Positions 19,690-30,631 are shown, counted from the stretch's first letter. The stretch is 64,000 nt of DNA from an uncultured Cytophagales bacterium (GCA_963849955.1 CAWKJU010000022.1:2406-66405); one strand, 5' to 3'. Notes: generated by a model from the sequence alone, not told the origin. Program-made: numbers and translations.

Positions 19690-20034
19690 TTAATTACAGG
19701 TTGCGAAGGCTTGAACATCCGTATAAAAAATGCTGAAATCAGCCAAACCCTGTTCCTTTTCTAGGTATAAAATATAATCAGCAAAACCCCGCTCTTCTGT
19801 AATATACCACAAACCACTATCGTCTGCCATCATGTGATTTTCTTCTTCAAAAACCACGACATCAGCAAAACCCTCTGTGGTAGTGACGTATACTGAGTAG
19901 TCAGCTAACTCTTTATTTTTTTCAAAATAAATAGCTCCAAACACTCGACAGTAATCAACCTGAGGTTTAACATTGATGCCTGACTTTACAGGCATCAATA
20001 TTAGTAATAGTCCTATTGAAATAAGGAATCTCAA
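19690..20034 (-). CDS. Small exported repeat protein, DUF6150-like
   Basis: Signal peptide followed by ~13-aa repeats ADYSVYV / ADVVVFE / ADYILYL / ADFSIFY, a GLWY motif and terminal Cys residues. Confidence 0.65.
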   Translation of the reverse strand: MRFLISIGLLLILMPVKSGINVKPQVDYCRVFGAIYFEKNKELADYSVYVTTTEGFADVVVFEEENHMMADDSGLWYITEERGFADYILYLEKEQGLADFSIFYTDVQAFATCN

Positions 20035-20793
20035 TTAGAATGATTTAATTATTTCCACAAAATCAGCAGCTTTCAATGAAGCACCACCAATCAAACCACC
20101 ATCAACGTCTGGGCAAGCAAACAATTCTTGTGCATTGGATGGTTTACAGCTTCCTCCGTACAATAATGAAGTTGCTTTTGCAGAACCTTCACCGTATTTA
20201 GAAGCGATATGATCACGTAACACTTTATGCATTTCTTGTGCTTGTTCTGTGCTTGCAGTTACGCCTGTTCCTATTGCCCAGATTGGTTCATATGCAATTA
20301 CTACTTTAGAAAATTGCTCTTCGCTTAAGTCAAATAAACCATCTGTTAATTGTTGTTTAACAAAATCAAAGTGAATACCTGCTTCTCTTTGAGACAAAGT
20401 CTCACCACAACAAAAAATTGGTGTTAGCCCACTTGCTAATACAGCTTTTACTTTTTCAGCTAGAAACTCATCGGATTCGTTAAAGTATTCTCTTCGTTCA
20501 CTATGACCCAATATCACATATTCGATACCAGCAGACTTCAGCATAGATGGTGAAACTTCACCAGTGTACGCGCCAGAATCTTTAGAATAACAGTTTTGCG
20601 CTCCAACTTTTATGTCAGACTTAGCTACTTTCTGTTGCACAGGAATTAAGTTGATCATCGTTGGGCAAACCACTACAGTTACGTTGTTTACTTTTTCTTT
20701 TGTTAATAAATCAACTAACTCACCAGCTAGTTCTATAGAGGCTTCTACATTATTATTCAACTTCCAATTTCCTGCTACAATTTTCTTTCCCAT
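20035..20793 (-). CDS. tpiA: Triosephosphate isomerase
   Basis: AGNWK, ILGHSERR, AYEPIWAIGTG, YGGS, DGGLIGGASL. Confidence 0.98.
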   Translation of the reverse strand: MGKKIVAGNWKLNNNVEASIELAGELVDLLTKEKVNNVTVVVCPTMINLIPVQQKVAKSDIKVGAQNCYSKDSGAYTGEVSPSMLKSAGIEYVILGHSERREYFNESDEFLAEKVKAVLASGLTPIFCCGETLSQREAGIHFDFVKQQLTDGLFDLSEEQFSKVVIAYEPIWAIGTGVTASTEQAQEMHKVLRDHIASKYGEGSAKATSLLYGGSCKPSNAQELFACPDVDGGLIGGASLKAADFVEIIKSF

Positions 20794-20828
20794 GATATTA
20801 TTTTTCTTTTATAGAATTCAAAGATAAT

Positions 20829-23642
20829 TTATTCAACAAAAACGGACTTACTTTTCTCTAATTTTTCTGCCAAGTATTTAGCAGTATATCCTTTTCCATT
20901 TTTCACTAATTCCTCTGGCGTCCCTACACCCATAATCGTACCACCATTTTCTCCTCCTTCGGGACCTAAGTCAATTAACCAATCAGCACACTTCACTACT
21001 TCTTGGTTGTGCTCAATTACTATCAACGAATGTCCAATGTCTACTAGTGCATTGAAAGCCGTTAATAATTTTTTAATGTCGTGAAAATGTAAACCTGTAG
21101 TGGGTTCATCAAAGATAAAAAGAGTGGGATCTTCAGACACGCCCTTACTTAAGAAATAAGCTAACTTCACACGTTGTGCCTCACCTCCTGACAAAGAGGA
21201 AGAAGATTGGCCTAAGGTGATGTAACCTAAACCCACCCGTTGAAGTGGCATTAATTTTTCTATCAACTTAGGTTGTTTTTGAAAAAAAATGATTGCCTCG
21301 TCAACTGTCAATTTCAATACTTCTGAAATACTTTTTCCTTCATACTCAACTTCGACAACTTCTTGTTTAAATCGCTTTCCTTTGCAACTCTCACAGGTCA
21401 ATCGAATGTCTGCCATAAACTGCATTTCTATAGTGACTTCTCCTTCGCCTTGACATAAATCACAACGGCCACCATCTACATTAAACGAAAAGTGTGCAGG
21501 CTTATATCCTCGTTGTTTTGCCAAGGGCTGGTCAGCATATAAGGCTCTAATTTGATCATAGGCTTTGATATAAGTCACAGGGTTAGAGCGTGACGATTTA
21601 CCAATGGGGTTTTGATCCACAAACTCAACTTTTTGAATTCTATCTAGACTTCCTTCTAACAACCTGTATTTAGATTTAACATCTATAAATTCCCCAAACC
21701 GTTTTTTTAAAGCAGGATATAAAATTTGTTTTATCAAAGTCGATTTCCCTGAGCCTGACACACCAGTTATTACGGTAAGTGTGTTGAGCGGAAAGTCCAC
21801 ATCTACATTTTTAAGATTATTTTCCTGGGCTCCTTTAATAGAAATTTTTTCTAACCATTTTCTTCGTTTAGAAGGTACCTCAATGGTTAAGCTGCCGGAA
21901 AGATATTGTGCGGTGTATGACTCTGAACCAGGCATCTGGTCGAGGGTGCCTTCAAATATTAACTCCCCTCCGTGACTACCAGCATCTGGACCAATATCTA
22001 AAATTTGATCTGCTGCGCGCATCACCTCCTCCTCATGTTCTACCACAATAACCGTGTTACCCATGTCGCGCAATTCAAGTAACACATCAATGAGTTGAGT
22101 AGTATCTCTAGGATGCAAACCAATACTTGGTTCATCTAAAATATACATGGATCCTACTAAAGCACTACCTAAAGAAGTGGCAAGTTTTATACGCTGAAAC
22201 TCTCCACCAGAAAGTGTTTGTGTTAATCTATTTAAAGTCAAATAACCTAATCCGACTTGGTTAATGTATTTAAGTCGATTCTTAATTTCATTTAAGATGC
22301 GCTTAGCTATTTTTTCTTCGTGTGCAGTTAGTTTTATTTCATCAAAATGAATCGCTAAACGATTAATAGGAAGCAACACCAACTCCGTTAAATGTTTCTT
22401 GTCAATTTTGACGTATTGGGTATCTGCTCGCAGACGAGTCCCTTTACAGTCGGGACATACAGTTCTTCCGCGATAGCGTGAAAGCATGACACGGTATTGA
22501 ATTTTGTGGGTTTGTGACTCTAAAAATTTAAAGAACTTATGAAGCCCATCAAAGTATTTATTGCCTTTCCAAATCAGTGCTTTATGCTCTTCGTCTAATT
22601 CATTGAATGGTCGATGAATAGGAAAATCGAATTCAATACCTTTCTTAATTAAAGGAACTAACCACTGACCCATTTTTTCGCCTTTCCAGGGAGCTATCGC
22701 ACCTTCATACACTGATAGCGATTTATCTGGAATTACTAAATCTTCATCTATTCCCAAGACATGCCCAAAACCGTCACAGGTTTTGCAAGCACCATATGGA
22801 TTATTAAAGCTAAAAAAATTAGTCGTTGGCTCTTCGAACTTAATTCCATCTAACTCAAAGCGATCTGAAAATTGACGTTGCAATCCCCCTAATACCTGAA
22901 TGCTACACGTACCCTCCCCTTCAAAAAAAGCGGTTTGAACGGAGTCTGCTATACGAAATTGATTCGCCTCATCCCCCCCAGCAACTACTCGGTCTATAAT
23001 TATTTGTACTTCGTTGAAATTTTTTGCCTCGGCAAGAATTTCTTCAATGAGTTGTACTTCATCATCTCTCCACACACGAGAAAATCCTTTTTGAAGAAGA
23101 ATTTCCAACTCTTGTTTTATTTTTCTTCCCCTGTCCACTAAGGGGGCAAGTACCATTAACTTTGTACCTTCCTGATGAGAATTTACAAACTCTACTACAT
23201 CTGTAACGTCATCTTTTTTTACCACTTCACCAGAAATTGGTGAATACGTCACGCCAATTCTAGCATATAAAAGTTTGAGGTAGTCATAAATCTCAGTGGT
23301 GGTACCAACAGTCGATCGTGGGTTTTTTGAAGAAACTTTTTGCTCAATGGCAATGGCAGGTGAAACCCCCTTAATATAATCCACATCGGGTTTTTCCATT
23401 CTACCTAAAAACTGGCGTGCATAGGAACTTAAACTTTCCACATACATCCGTTGGCCTTCGGCAAACAAAGTATCGAAGGCAAGGGAGGATTTACCTGACC
23501 CTGAGACTCCTGTCACCACTGTCAGTTTGTTTCTAGGAATAGCAACAGATAGGTTTTTAAGGTTATTTACCCTTGCCCCCTTAATGATGATATACTCCTT
23601 GGGGTCCAACTGCTCCAACTCTTTCTCTGTGAATAAGCCCAT
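20829..23642 (-). CDS. uvrA: Excinuclease ABC subunit A
   Basis: Two ABC cassettes (GVSGSGKSS; GVSGSGKST), LSGGE signatures, zinc fingers, FSFN motifs. Confidence 0.97.
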   Translation of the reverse strand: MGLFTEKELEQLDPKEYIIIKGARVNNLKNLSVAIPRNKLTVVTGVSGSGKSSLAFDTLFAEGQRMYVESLSSYARQFLGRMEKPDVDYIKGVSPAIAIEQKVSSKNPRSTVGTTTEIYDYLKLLYARIGVTYSPISGEVVKKDDVTDVVEFVNSHQEGTKLMVLAPLVDRGRKIKQELEILLQKGFSRVWRDDEVQLIEEILAEAKNFNEVQIIIDRVVAGGDEANQFRIADSVQTAFFEGEGTCSIQVLGGLQRQFSDRFELDGIKFEEPTTNFFSFNNPYGACKTCDGFGHVLGIDEDLVIPDKSLSVYEGAIAPWKGEKMGQWLVPLIKKGIEFDFPIHRPFNELDEEHKALIWKGNKYFDGLHKFFKFLESQTHKIQYRVMLSRYRGRTVCPDCKGTRLRADTQYVKIDKKHLTELVLLPINRLAIHFDEIKLTAHEEKIAKRILNEIKNRLKYINQVGLGYLTLNRLTQTLSGGEFQRIKLATSLGSALVGSMYILDEPSIGLHPRDTTQLIDVLLELRDMGNTVIVVEHEEEVMRAADQILDIGPDAGSHGGELIFEGTLDQMPGSESYTAQYLSGSLTIEVPSKRRKWLEKISIKGAQENNLKNVDVDFPLNTLTVITGVSGSGKSTLIKQILYPALKKRFGEFIDVKSKYRLLEGSLDRIQKVEFVDQNPIGKSSRSNPVTYIKAYDQIRALYADQPLAKQRGYKPAHFSFNVDGGRCDLCQGEGEVTIEMQFMADIRLTCESCKGKRFKQEVVEVEYEGKSISEVLKLTVDEAIIFFQKQPKLIEKLMPLQRVGLGYITLGQSSSSLSGGEAQRVKLAYFLSKGVSEDPTLFIFDEPTTGLHFHDIKKLLTAFNALVDIGHSLIVIEHNQEVVKCADWLIDLGPEGGENGGTIMGVGTPEELVKNGKGYTAKYLAEKLEKSKSVFVE

Positions 23643-23749
23643 GTGGCAATCTACTCTTTTTTTGTGATTTGAAAGTTACCTCTTATGCTGATTTTGTATA
23701 AACCGAAACAATTACAGAATGGTTTCTGTTTTGTGAAATGAAAATCTAT

Positions 23750-23757
23750 TATCTTTG
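23750..23757 (+). promoter_or_regulatory. Bacteroidota -7 promoter element upstream of the ECF sigma gene
   Basis: TATCTTTG matches the TAnnTTTG consensus, ~70 nt before the start. Confidence 0.55.
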
Positions 23758-23826
23758 AGTAGATCGTAAATTAATTATTCACTCTAACCCATACAATATC
23801 GATATAGAACTCTACGTTACCAATTT

Positions 23827-24441
23827 GTGAATACAGAAATGATAGAAAACGTATTGAGTGATGCACAACTAGTGTCGCAGTATAAAAATGGACAGGAGTC
23901 TGCTTTTGCTGAGCTTTTAAATAGACACAAGCGTAAAGTTTACACAACTATAGTGCTTATCGTTAAAGACCGCTACATCGCGGAAGATCTACTTCAGGAA
24001 AGTTTTATTAAAGCGATTGATCGCATCAAGCGAGGAAAGTACAATGAAGAAGGGAAGTTTGCGCCTTGGATCGCCCGAATTGCATACAACTTAGCCATTG
24101 ATCACTTCCGAAGACAAAAACGTTACCCCACTATTTTAACTGAAGATGGTTCCAATGTATTTAATACCATGGAATTTTGCGAATCTTCTTTTGAAGACCA
24201 ACAAATAAAAGAAGATACCCATAAACGTGTCCGTGCATTGATAGAAACCTTACCAGAGTCTCAAAAAGAAGTGTTGGTTATGCGGCATTATGCCGAAATG
24301 AGTTTTCAAGAAATTGCGGAAGCTACGGGAGTAAGTATTAACACTGCTTTAGGCAGAATGCGCTATGCGCTTATTAACCTTAGAAAAAAAATGAATCAAA
24401 CAAATACTTTAGCGTATGATAAAAACAACTACCCAACATGA
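23827..24441 (+). CDS. ECF-type RNA polymerase sigma-70 factor
   Basis: Region 2 (AEDLLQESFIKA...FAPWIARIAYNLAIDHFR) and region 4 (LPESQKEV...SFQEIAEATGVSINTALGRMRYA). Start is GTG 23827 or ATG 23839. Confidence 0.95.
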   Translation: MNTEMIENVLSDAQLVSQYKNGQESAFAELLNRHKRKVYTTIVLIVKDRYIAEDLLQESFIKAIDRIKRGKYNEEGKFAPWIARIAYNLAIDHFRRQKRYPTILTEDGSNVFNTMEFCESSFEDQQIKEDTHKRVRALIETLPESQKEVLVMRHYAEMSFQEIAEATGVSINTALGRMRYALINLRKKMNQTNTLAYDKNNYPT

Positions 24442-24655
24442 CGTATTGCGATACGTGTACAACGAAACTTCGAAAAAGGAAAATTCCGAAATCGAACAAC
24501 AAATAATTTGTGATGACGAAAAATCCCAAGCATTCTTCGAATTCACTGACACTAAAAGAAAACTAGAAGAAACATTTTTCGAACCTTCAAAAAAATCGAT
24601 AGATGCAATTTTAGCTTTCTCGAAACTGTATGACAAATTAGAAACCGCTCGCTGA
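24416..24655 (+). CDS. Small protein coupled to the ECF sigma; candidate soluble anti-sigma
   Basis: 79-aa ORF overlapping the sigma 3' end by 26 nt; LRYVYNETSKKENSEIEQQIICD resembles a degenerate anti-sigma helix pair. Confidence 0.6.
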   Translation: MIKTTTQHDVLRYVYNETSKKENSEIEQQIICDDEKSQAFFEFTDTKRKLEETFFEPSKKSIDAILAFSKLYDKLETAR

Positions 24656-24667
24656 GCGGTTTTTTTA
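24642..24667 (+). terminator. Intrinsic terminator of the sigma operon
   Basis: aaaccgctc-gct-gagcggttt plus T run, overlapping the stop codon. Confidence 0.85.
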
Positions 24668-24766
24668 TGCTTTATAATTAACCACCATGTAAGGCGTTAC
24701 CATTTTAGTATTTAAAGTATTAACACATGGAAAAGCAATTCGATTGTTGTAACTTTTCAATTCACC

Positions 24767-27700
24767 ATGAATAGGAATACTTTCTTTTTAGTCATTACAC
24801 TTTTATCAACTTGGCTGTCGGTTCAAGCGCAGTTCAATCAATTCGATCATTTCCGATTTATCGAAAACAAAGGTCAGCACCCTTCTGATGGACTTTTCAT
24901 CTCGCCATTTCCTGGCGGAGAAATAATTATTCGAGAGACTTCGTTGTTCTATCATTTTCACGATGCAAATAAAGAAAAGGAAATATTAGAAAAAGCTCAT
25001 GAAGGTGTTATCGACACTGCACTAATAGACCATCACAGCTTTATGGTTGGCTTTTTAGACGCAAATAAAGCAACCATAGTGGGTAAAGACAGCCTGATAG
25101 AAGTTCGCAATTACCTCAAAGGAAACGATCCCTCAAAATGGATTCAAAAAGTGCATGCCTACCAACAAATTGATTACTTAAACATTTACCCTAATACTGA
25201 TTTAAGCATCTTTCAAAAAAATGGCAAAACAAAATATGAATTTGTAGCCAAGCCTGGATCCAAACCCCAAAAAATTAGACTTCAATATTCTGGTGCAAGT
25301 AAAATCTATTTGAATGGTGAGCAGTTAGTCATACAAACAACACTAGGCAATGTGATTGAAGATGCACCATTTGCCTACCAAACCATTGGGGACAAACGTG
25401 TTCAAGTGGAATGTCGTTATGTGTTAAAAGACTCAACATTACGGTATAAACTAGGGAAATACGATAAAGATTATCCTTTAGTTATTGATCCAAAACTCAT
25501 CTTCTCCACTTCCTCAGGATCCTTGGCTGATAATTGGGGAAACACAGCTTGTTATGATCGTAGAGGTAACTTATACACTGGCGGAACGGTGTTTGCAACT
25601 TCTAGTGGAACCTTTGGAACCCGTTTACCAAACGGATTTCCAACTACTTTAGGAGCCTTTCAAGACACTATTCAAGGTGGTGACACCGATATGGGAATTA
25701 TGAAATTTGATTCGTCTGGTACTTTTCTTCATTATTCGACTATTATTGGCGGATCTGATGCGGAGATTCCAACTAGTACTGTTGTGAATGAAAATAATGA
25801 GTTATACATTTTAGGAACTACATCTTCTCCTGATTTTCCAGTAACAACAGGAGCTTTTGATACCAGCTTTGATGGTAATTTTCCTACCTATACATGGTAT
25901 GTGAATGGTGTAGAGACTGCTACTGGTCCAACCTTTAACTCTAGCACTTTAACCCCTGGTGATGAGGTGTCTGCGCAACTAATAAACAGTTATACCTGCG
26001 CAGGAACTTTAATCAACAACTCGAATATTATTACTTTAAAACAAGCCCCTAGCCCAACAGTAACTATTACTTCAAATGCTACAGGTTTTTGTCCTGGTAA
26101 TGCTGTTGATTTTACAGCCACTGTTACAAATGGTAGGTTACCATCCTATGAATGGTTTTTAAACGGTATTTCCGTAGGAACAAACTCCCCTACGTTTAGT
26201 CTTCCAACTCCGTCAGCTGGGGATAGTGTGAATGTTGTCGTTACAGATGCTAGTTGTTCTCCATCATCGGTTACAGACACCTCTGAATATATCGTGTTAG
26301 TTTCGGCTGCAGATAGCACACTTCAAGTTTCAATTTCAGACACTCTACCTTTGTGTTCATCTAGTGTACACACCTTTACTTCTTTAACTAATTATTCTAC
26401 TCCAAATATGAGTTATCGATGGCTGGTCAACGGATTACAAAGAGGAACACTAGCAGATTTTAACACTTCAAACTTAGTAAATGGCTCTACCATTCAGCTT
26501 GTTGTAACAACTGGCGCGGGCTGTGGTAGTTCAGCAACTGACAGTTCTAATATACTTACTATTAATAATGCAAAAACAGTTACTCCAGAAATATCCATAA
26601 CTCCGCGAGAATATTCAGATTGTGATGATGTCGTGATTTTGGATGCTGAGTTTACAAACGGAGGTACTAATCCTCGTATTAATTGGTATTTAGACGATAG
26701 TGTTTTAGTTGCCGTTAACAGAACAGCAATCAGTTATTCTCGTAAATTCTTTGAAAATGTATCTGTCAGAGCAGAATTTATTTCCTCTATTGGATGCAAT
26801 AGTATACCAACGGGAACAACATCCACCACTTTTAATCTTCCTAAGAACCCGCTATCCCTTATTGATTTCACAATTAGCACAAACAACGATACACTTTGTG
26901 GTAGTGAACCAGCATTTTTTCAAGCGCAAGCAAACAAGGCTTCTCGAAGAACGGTTACAACCGTAGGTGGTTATCAGTTTAATAACGGAACGGATATCGT
27001 TGTTATTCGGCTAAACCAAGACGGAAGTGCAATTATGAATGCAACCTATGTTGGTGGGCGTGGAAATGATGGGGTCATCGAAACAAACTCACAACTCACT
27101 AACAATTATGGTGACCAATTGCGTGGTGATATAAATCTGGATAGTTTGGGGAATGTATATGTAGCTTCTACTACTTCTTCTATTGATTTTCCAACAGTAA
27201 ATGCCGCTCAACCTACCTATGGTGGAGGACAAACTGATGGAGTAGTATTTAAATTGAATCCCTCACTCAGTACCATGATATTTAGTACCTATTTAGGTGG
27301 TGCTGCAAGTGATGGAGCTTTTTCTATTCAAACAAATCAAGCACGAGAAGTATATGCTGGTGGCGGTACAACTAGTCCAAATTTTCCAATTACACCAGGG
27401 ACGTTAATTAATACTCATCAAGGGGATGTCGATGGGTTCATTAGTCACTTCTCAACCACCGGTAACACATTAATTAATTCTACTTTCTTAGGCACAAAAG
27501 CCTTTGATCAAACTTATTTTATTCAAGTTGACACAAATAGTAATGTTTATGGTCTAGGACAAACCAAAGGGAGGTACCCCGTTTTTAAATCAAAGTATTC
27601 CAATCCTAATTCAGGTATATTTATACAAAAACTATCTCCTGACTTAAGTACTTCTATTTTTTCAACAGTTATTGGCGACTTAGACGAATCTACCCCGATT

Positions 27701-29668
27701 CTTCCTAACATTTCCCCTACAGCTTTTCTAGTCAACGAATGTGAGAATATATTTATTTCGGGATGGGGAGGTGCCGTCAATAATCGCGCTGTTCAATTTA
27801 ACTCAGGAGATAGCTTATATAGTTACCCACTATATAATGGTGGAAACACCCTAAATATGCCCATAACTCCTAATGCCTACCAAAGCAATACTGATGGGAG
27901 TGATTTTTATTTAGCTGTGCTCTCAAAAAATGCTGATTCGCTTATATATTCTACGTATTTCGGTGGTCCGCAATCGGAAGAACATGTGGATGGTGGGACC
28001 AGCAGGTTTGATTTTAGAGGTATAGTTTACCAATCCGTTTGTAGTGGCTGTAGAGGTCTCAGAGATTTTCCTACTGAACCAGATGACGGTAGTGATGCCA
28101 CCTATCCCAAAAGGAATTTGAGTCAAAATTGCAACAATGGTGTATTTAAATTTGACTTAGCGACCTTAATTGCAGACTTTGAAATACCAGACAGCTGTCT
28201 TTCTAGAGCGGTCGTATTTAAAAATACAAGTTCTGGTGGAATTGACTTTACCTGGGATTTTGGTGATGGAAAAAGCGCTTTTAATCCTATTCTTGAAGAT
28301 CAAACTCACACTTATGAATTTCCAGGATTTTATGAAGTTAAGTTAATAGCAACAGATTTGACCACCTGCATAGGAAAAGATACTGCCCAAAAAACTATTT
28401 ACATACCAGAATTACTTATACCTTATCATTATTATGATACAATTTGTGAAGGCTCAACAACGCCTTTAGATTTGATTACCACTGGTGCTGAGGATAGTAT
28501 TCAATGGTCTCCTCCAACTGATTTAGATAATGTAACTATACCTAACCCGATATTTTCTGGTAGTACTTCTGCACAATACCTGATTACTGTTAAAGACACC
28601 TCACAATGTGAAAAGGTGGATACCTTTGATATAGCAGTATTACCTATTTTAGAAGCCAATTTCACCACCAACACCGATTGTAATTTTGGGAAAATAATTC
28701 TCACTAACGAATCTGTTAATGGTAAATTATTCGAGTGGGATTTTGGTGATGGAAGCATAGACACCACCTACACGTTAGAACCATTTAGTCATATATATAA
28801 ATCCAGTGGATTTTACTCTATCAGCTTAAAAGCTATAAATGACTCTACTTGTAACCAGGCAGATTACGTATCAAATATAATCGTACAAATTCGTGACTCT
28901 TTGGCTGTAGAAAAAGACACCACTATATGTAAATTTAGTTCGGTTCAACTCCAAGTGACACAAGGAAGAGACCCAGTTTGGGAAAGTTCACCAACATTAA
29001 GCTGTACAGACTGCTCAAACCCAGTCGCTTCGCCATTAGAAACTACTACTTATTATGTAAGTATAACTGAAGATACCTGTGTTGACAGAGATAGTATCAC
29101 TGTTACCATTTACCCTGATAACAACCTCTTAGCAGCTATTGATGCTGAAGTTCCCCGATGTTATACAGATACGGTATATTTTAGAGGAAATATTGAAAAC
29201 AATGATTGTATTTGCTGTAGCCAGCCACAAAAATGGTTGTGGGATTTTGGTGATGGAGACACCTCTGAGCAGAAAAATCCAACTCATAAATATAATGCCG
29301 AAGGTCCGTATACTGTTAGCTTAACCATCTTTACAAATACAGATACCGCTTGGGTTTCTTATCCTCTTTCTATATATCACCCAGATTCGTGTTTAAAAAA
29401 TATTTTTATTCCTAATGCATTTTCTCCCAATGATGATTTGTCCAATGACATTTTATATGTGAGAGCCATCAACATTTCAGAACTCGAGTTTCGCTTATTT
29501 AACCGATGGGGTGAAGAAGTTTTTTACACTAACAATAAAAATAAAGGTTGGGATGGTAATTATAAAGGAACAAAAATGTCGCCCCAAGTTTTTACTTATA
29601 CTTGTAGAGCGACATTTTGGGATGGAGAAGAGTTTTATCAAGAAGGGAATGTAACCCTTCTTGAGTGA
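24767..29668 (+). CDS. T9SS type B (gliding-motility-associated CTD) surface protein with SBBP-like propeller repeats, Ig-like and PKD domains
   Basis: Signal peptide; FIENKGQ...LVIDP N-domain; FPTT/FPVT-GA repeats; HVDGGTSRFD; three WDFGDG PKD motifs; C-terminal IPNAFSPNDD...FNRWGEEVF...GWDG...GNVTLL. Confidence 0.9.
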   Translation: MNRNTFFLVITLLSTWLSVQAQFNQFDHFRFIENKGQHPSDGLFISPFPGGEIIIRETSLFYHFHDANKEKEILEKAHEGVIDTALIDHHSFMVGFLDANKATIVGKDSLIEVRNYLKGNDPSKWIQKVHAYQQIDYLNIYPNTDLSIFQKNGKTKYEFVAKPGSKPQKIRLQYSGASKIYLNGEQLVIQTTLGNVIEDAPFAYQTIGDKRVQVECRYVLKDSTLRYKLGKYDKDYPLVIDPKLIFSTSSGSLADNWGNTACYDRRGNLYTGGTVFATSSGTFGTRLPNGFPTTLGAFQDTIQGGDTDMGIMKFDSSGTFLHYSTIIGGSDAEIPTSTVVNENNELYILGTTSSPDFPVTTGAFDTSFDGNFPTYTWYVNGVETATGPTFNSSTLTPGDEVSAQLINSYTCAGTLINNSNIITLKQAPSPTVTITSNATGFCPGNAVDFTATVTNGRLPSYEWFLNGISVGTNSPTFSLPTPSAGDSVNVVVTDASCSPSSVTDTSEYIVLVSAADSTLQVSISDTLPLCSSSVHTFTSLTNYSTPNMSYRWLVNGLQRGTLADFNTSNLVNGSTIQLVVTTGAGCGSSATDSSNILTINNAKTVTPEISITPREYSDCDDVVILDAEFTNGGTNPRINWYLDDSVLVAVNRTAISYSRKFFENVSVRAEFISSIGCNSIPTGTTSTTFNLPKNPLSLIDFTISTNNDTLCGSEPAFFQAQANKASRRTVTTVGGYQFNNGTDIVVIRLNQDGSAIMNATYVGGRGNDGVIETNSQLTNNYGDQLRGDINLDSLGNVYVASTTSSIDFPTVNAAQPTYGGGQTDGVVFKLNPSLSTMIFSTYLGGAASDGAFSIQTNQAREVYAGGGTTSPNFPITPGTLINTHQGDVDGFISHFSTTGNTLINSTFLGTKAFDQTYFIQVDTNSNVYGLGQTKGRYPVFKSKYSNPNSGIFIQKLSPDLSTSIFSTVIGDLDESTPILPNISPTAFLVNECENIFISGWGGAVNNRAVQFNSGDSLYSYPLYNGGNTLNMPITPNAYQSNTDGSDFYLAVLSKNADSLIYSTYFGGPQSEEHVDGGTSRFDFRGIVYQSVCSGCRGLRDFPTEPDDGSDATYPKRNLSQNCNNGVFKFDLATLIADFEIPDSCLSRAVVFKNTSSGGIDFTWDFGDGKSAFNPILEDQTHTYEFPGFYEVKLIATDLTTCIGKDTAQKTIYIPELLIPYHYYDTICEGSTTPLDLITTGAEDSIQWSPPTDLDNVTIPNPIFSGSTSAQYLITVKDTSQCEKVDTFDIAVLPILEANFTTNTDCNFGKIILTNESVNGKLFEWDFGDGSIDTTYTLEPFSHIYKSSGFYSISLKAINDSTCNQADYVSNIIVQIRDSLAVEKDTTICKFSSVQLQVTQGRDPVWESSPTLSCTDCSNPVASPLETTTYYVSITEDTCVDRDSITVTIYPDNNLLAAIDAEVPRCYTDTVYFRGNIENNDCICCSQPQKWLWDFGDGDTSEQKNPTHKYNAEGPYTVSLTIFTNTDTAWVSYPLSIYHPDSCLKNIFIPNAFSPNDDLSNDILYVRAINISELEFRLFNRWGEEVFYTNNKNKGWDGNYKGTKMSPQVFTYTCRATFWDGEEFYQEGNVTLLE

Positions 29669-30502
29669 TTATCTTTTAACGTATTTGAGGTTGAAATTAT
29701 AAACATCCGAATCAGCCCCTTCGTTATCAGTTACGCTATTAATTAAAATAACAACATAGCCAAACTCAGTATCAGACTTCTTATATTTTATTAAAATTTT
29801 ATCATTCGCTTGAATATTTCCAATTTGATTAGTCGTAACATTAATATCCATCGCTTGTTTTACACTTTCCAGTGTGGCGTCTTCATATTTAAAAGTTGAA
29901 CTTTTTAGAAACTCTGTACCGTCTAATCCAATCCACTTTTTTGATAGTGTTTTTGTGGGGTTTCCTGTCGTATCAGTGGCATCTATAAAAGCAATACCAT
30001 CCAAAATAGAGTCTGCCTCGACAACTTTTCTTTCTTTTAAGTTATAACCACCTTGTCCATCGGTCGAAATGCTAGAGTATAACAAGATCCCTTCAAGCGG
30101 TGTTAATTGAGTAGATGAAATGTAAACACGTGAAAACAATGGTGATCGCCTTCCTTCTACGTCAAGAACTATAAAATTATATTGGTAATAATTACTTCCA
30201 GCAGGAGGATACTGTACTAAAAACTCATATTCTTTGTAATATTTTTTAGTACCTGGTTTTTCTAGAACTAAAGTGTCTACTTTTAATTCGTTTTGAGCTT
30301 GTCGAGTAATAAGAAAAGTTTGAATTTCATACTCTGAATTAACTTGACAGGTATATTTCATTTTTTCATTTACCTTTTTTTCAACACCCGTTGAAGGCGA
30401 GAGGACAAATAAGATATCTTCTACATCACCATCCTCTTTATCAGAACATGAGGTAGATAATAATACAATTGAAATAAAAAGTAGAGATAATAGCTTGTTC
30501 AT
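29669..30502 (-). CDS. Uncharacterised, probably surface-exposed lipoprotein
   Basis: Lipobox LSTSC followed by acidic SDKEDGDVED, resembling the Bacteroidota lipoprotein export signal. Confidence 0.8.
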   Translation of the reverse strand: MNKLLSLLFISIVLLSTSCSDKEDGDVEDILFVLSPSTGVEKKVNEKMKYTCQVNSEYEIQTFLITRQAQNELKVDTLVLEKPGTKKYYKEYEFLVQYPPAGSNYYQYNFIVLDVEGRRSPLFSRVYISSTQLTPLEGILLYSSISTDGQGGYNLKERKVVEADSILDGIAFIDATDTTGNPTKTLSKKWIGLDGTEFLKSSTFKYEDATLESVKQAMDINVTTNQIGNIQANDKILIKYKKSDTEFGYVVILINSVTDNEGADSDVYNFNLKYVKR

Positions 30503-30527
30503 TTCTTCAAATAATTATTTAGACCTG

Positions 30528-30535
30528 CAAAGGTA
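30528..30535 (-). promoter_or_regulatory. Bacteroidota -7 promoter element for the 29669-30502 lipoprotein gene
   Basis: Minus strand TACCTTTG, 25 nt upstream of the ATG. Confidence 0.6.
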
Positions 30536-30631
30536 TCGATTTTTTTAAAGAACCTGCTTTGCATAAGACAATTATCACTTACTATTAATTCTTGCTAGTA
30601 ACCTTTATCTTTAAAAAGGTATTAATAAATT

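Noticed and set aside
22973-22979. C7 run in uvrA (and G7 near 58111 in the cyclophilin gene) as phase-variation sites
   Set aside because: In frame, encode Gly-Gly in housekeeping genes, and are shorter than the array tracts.
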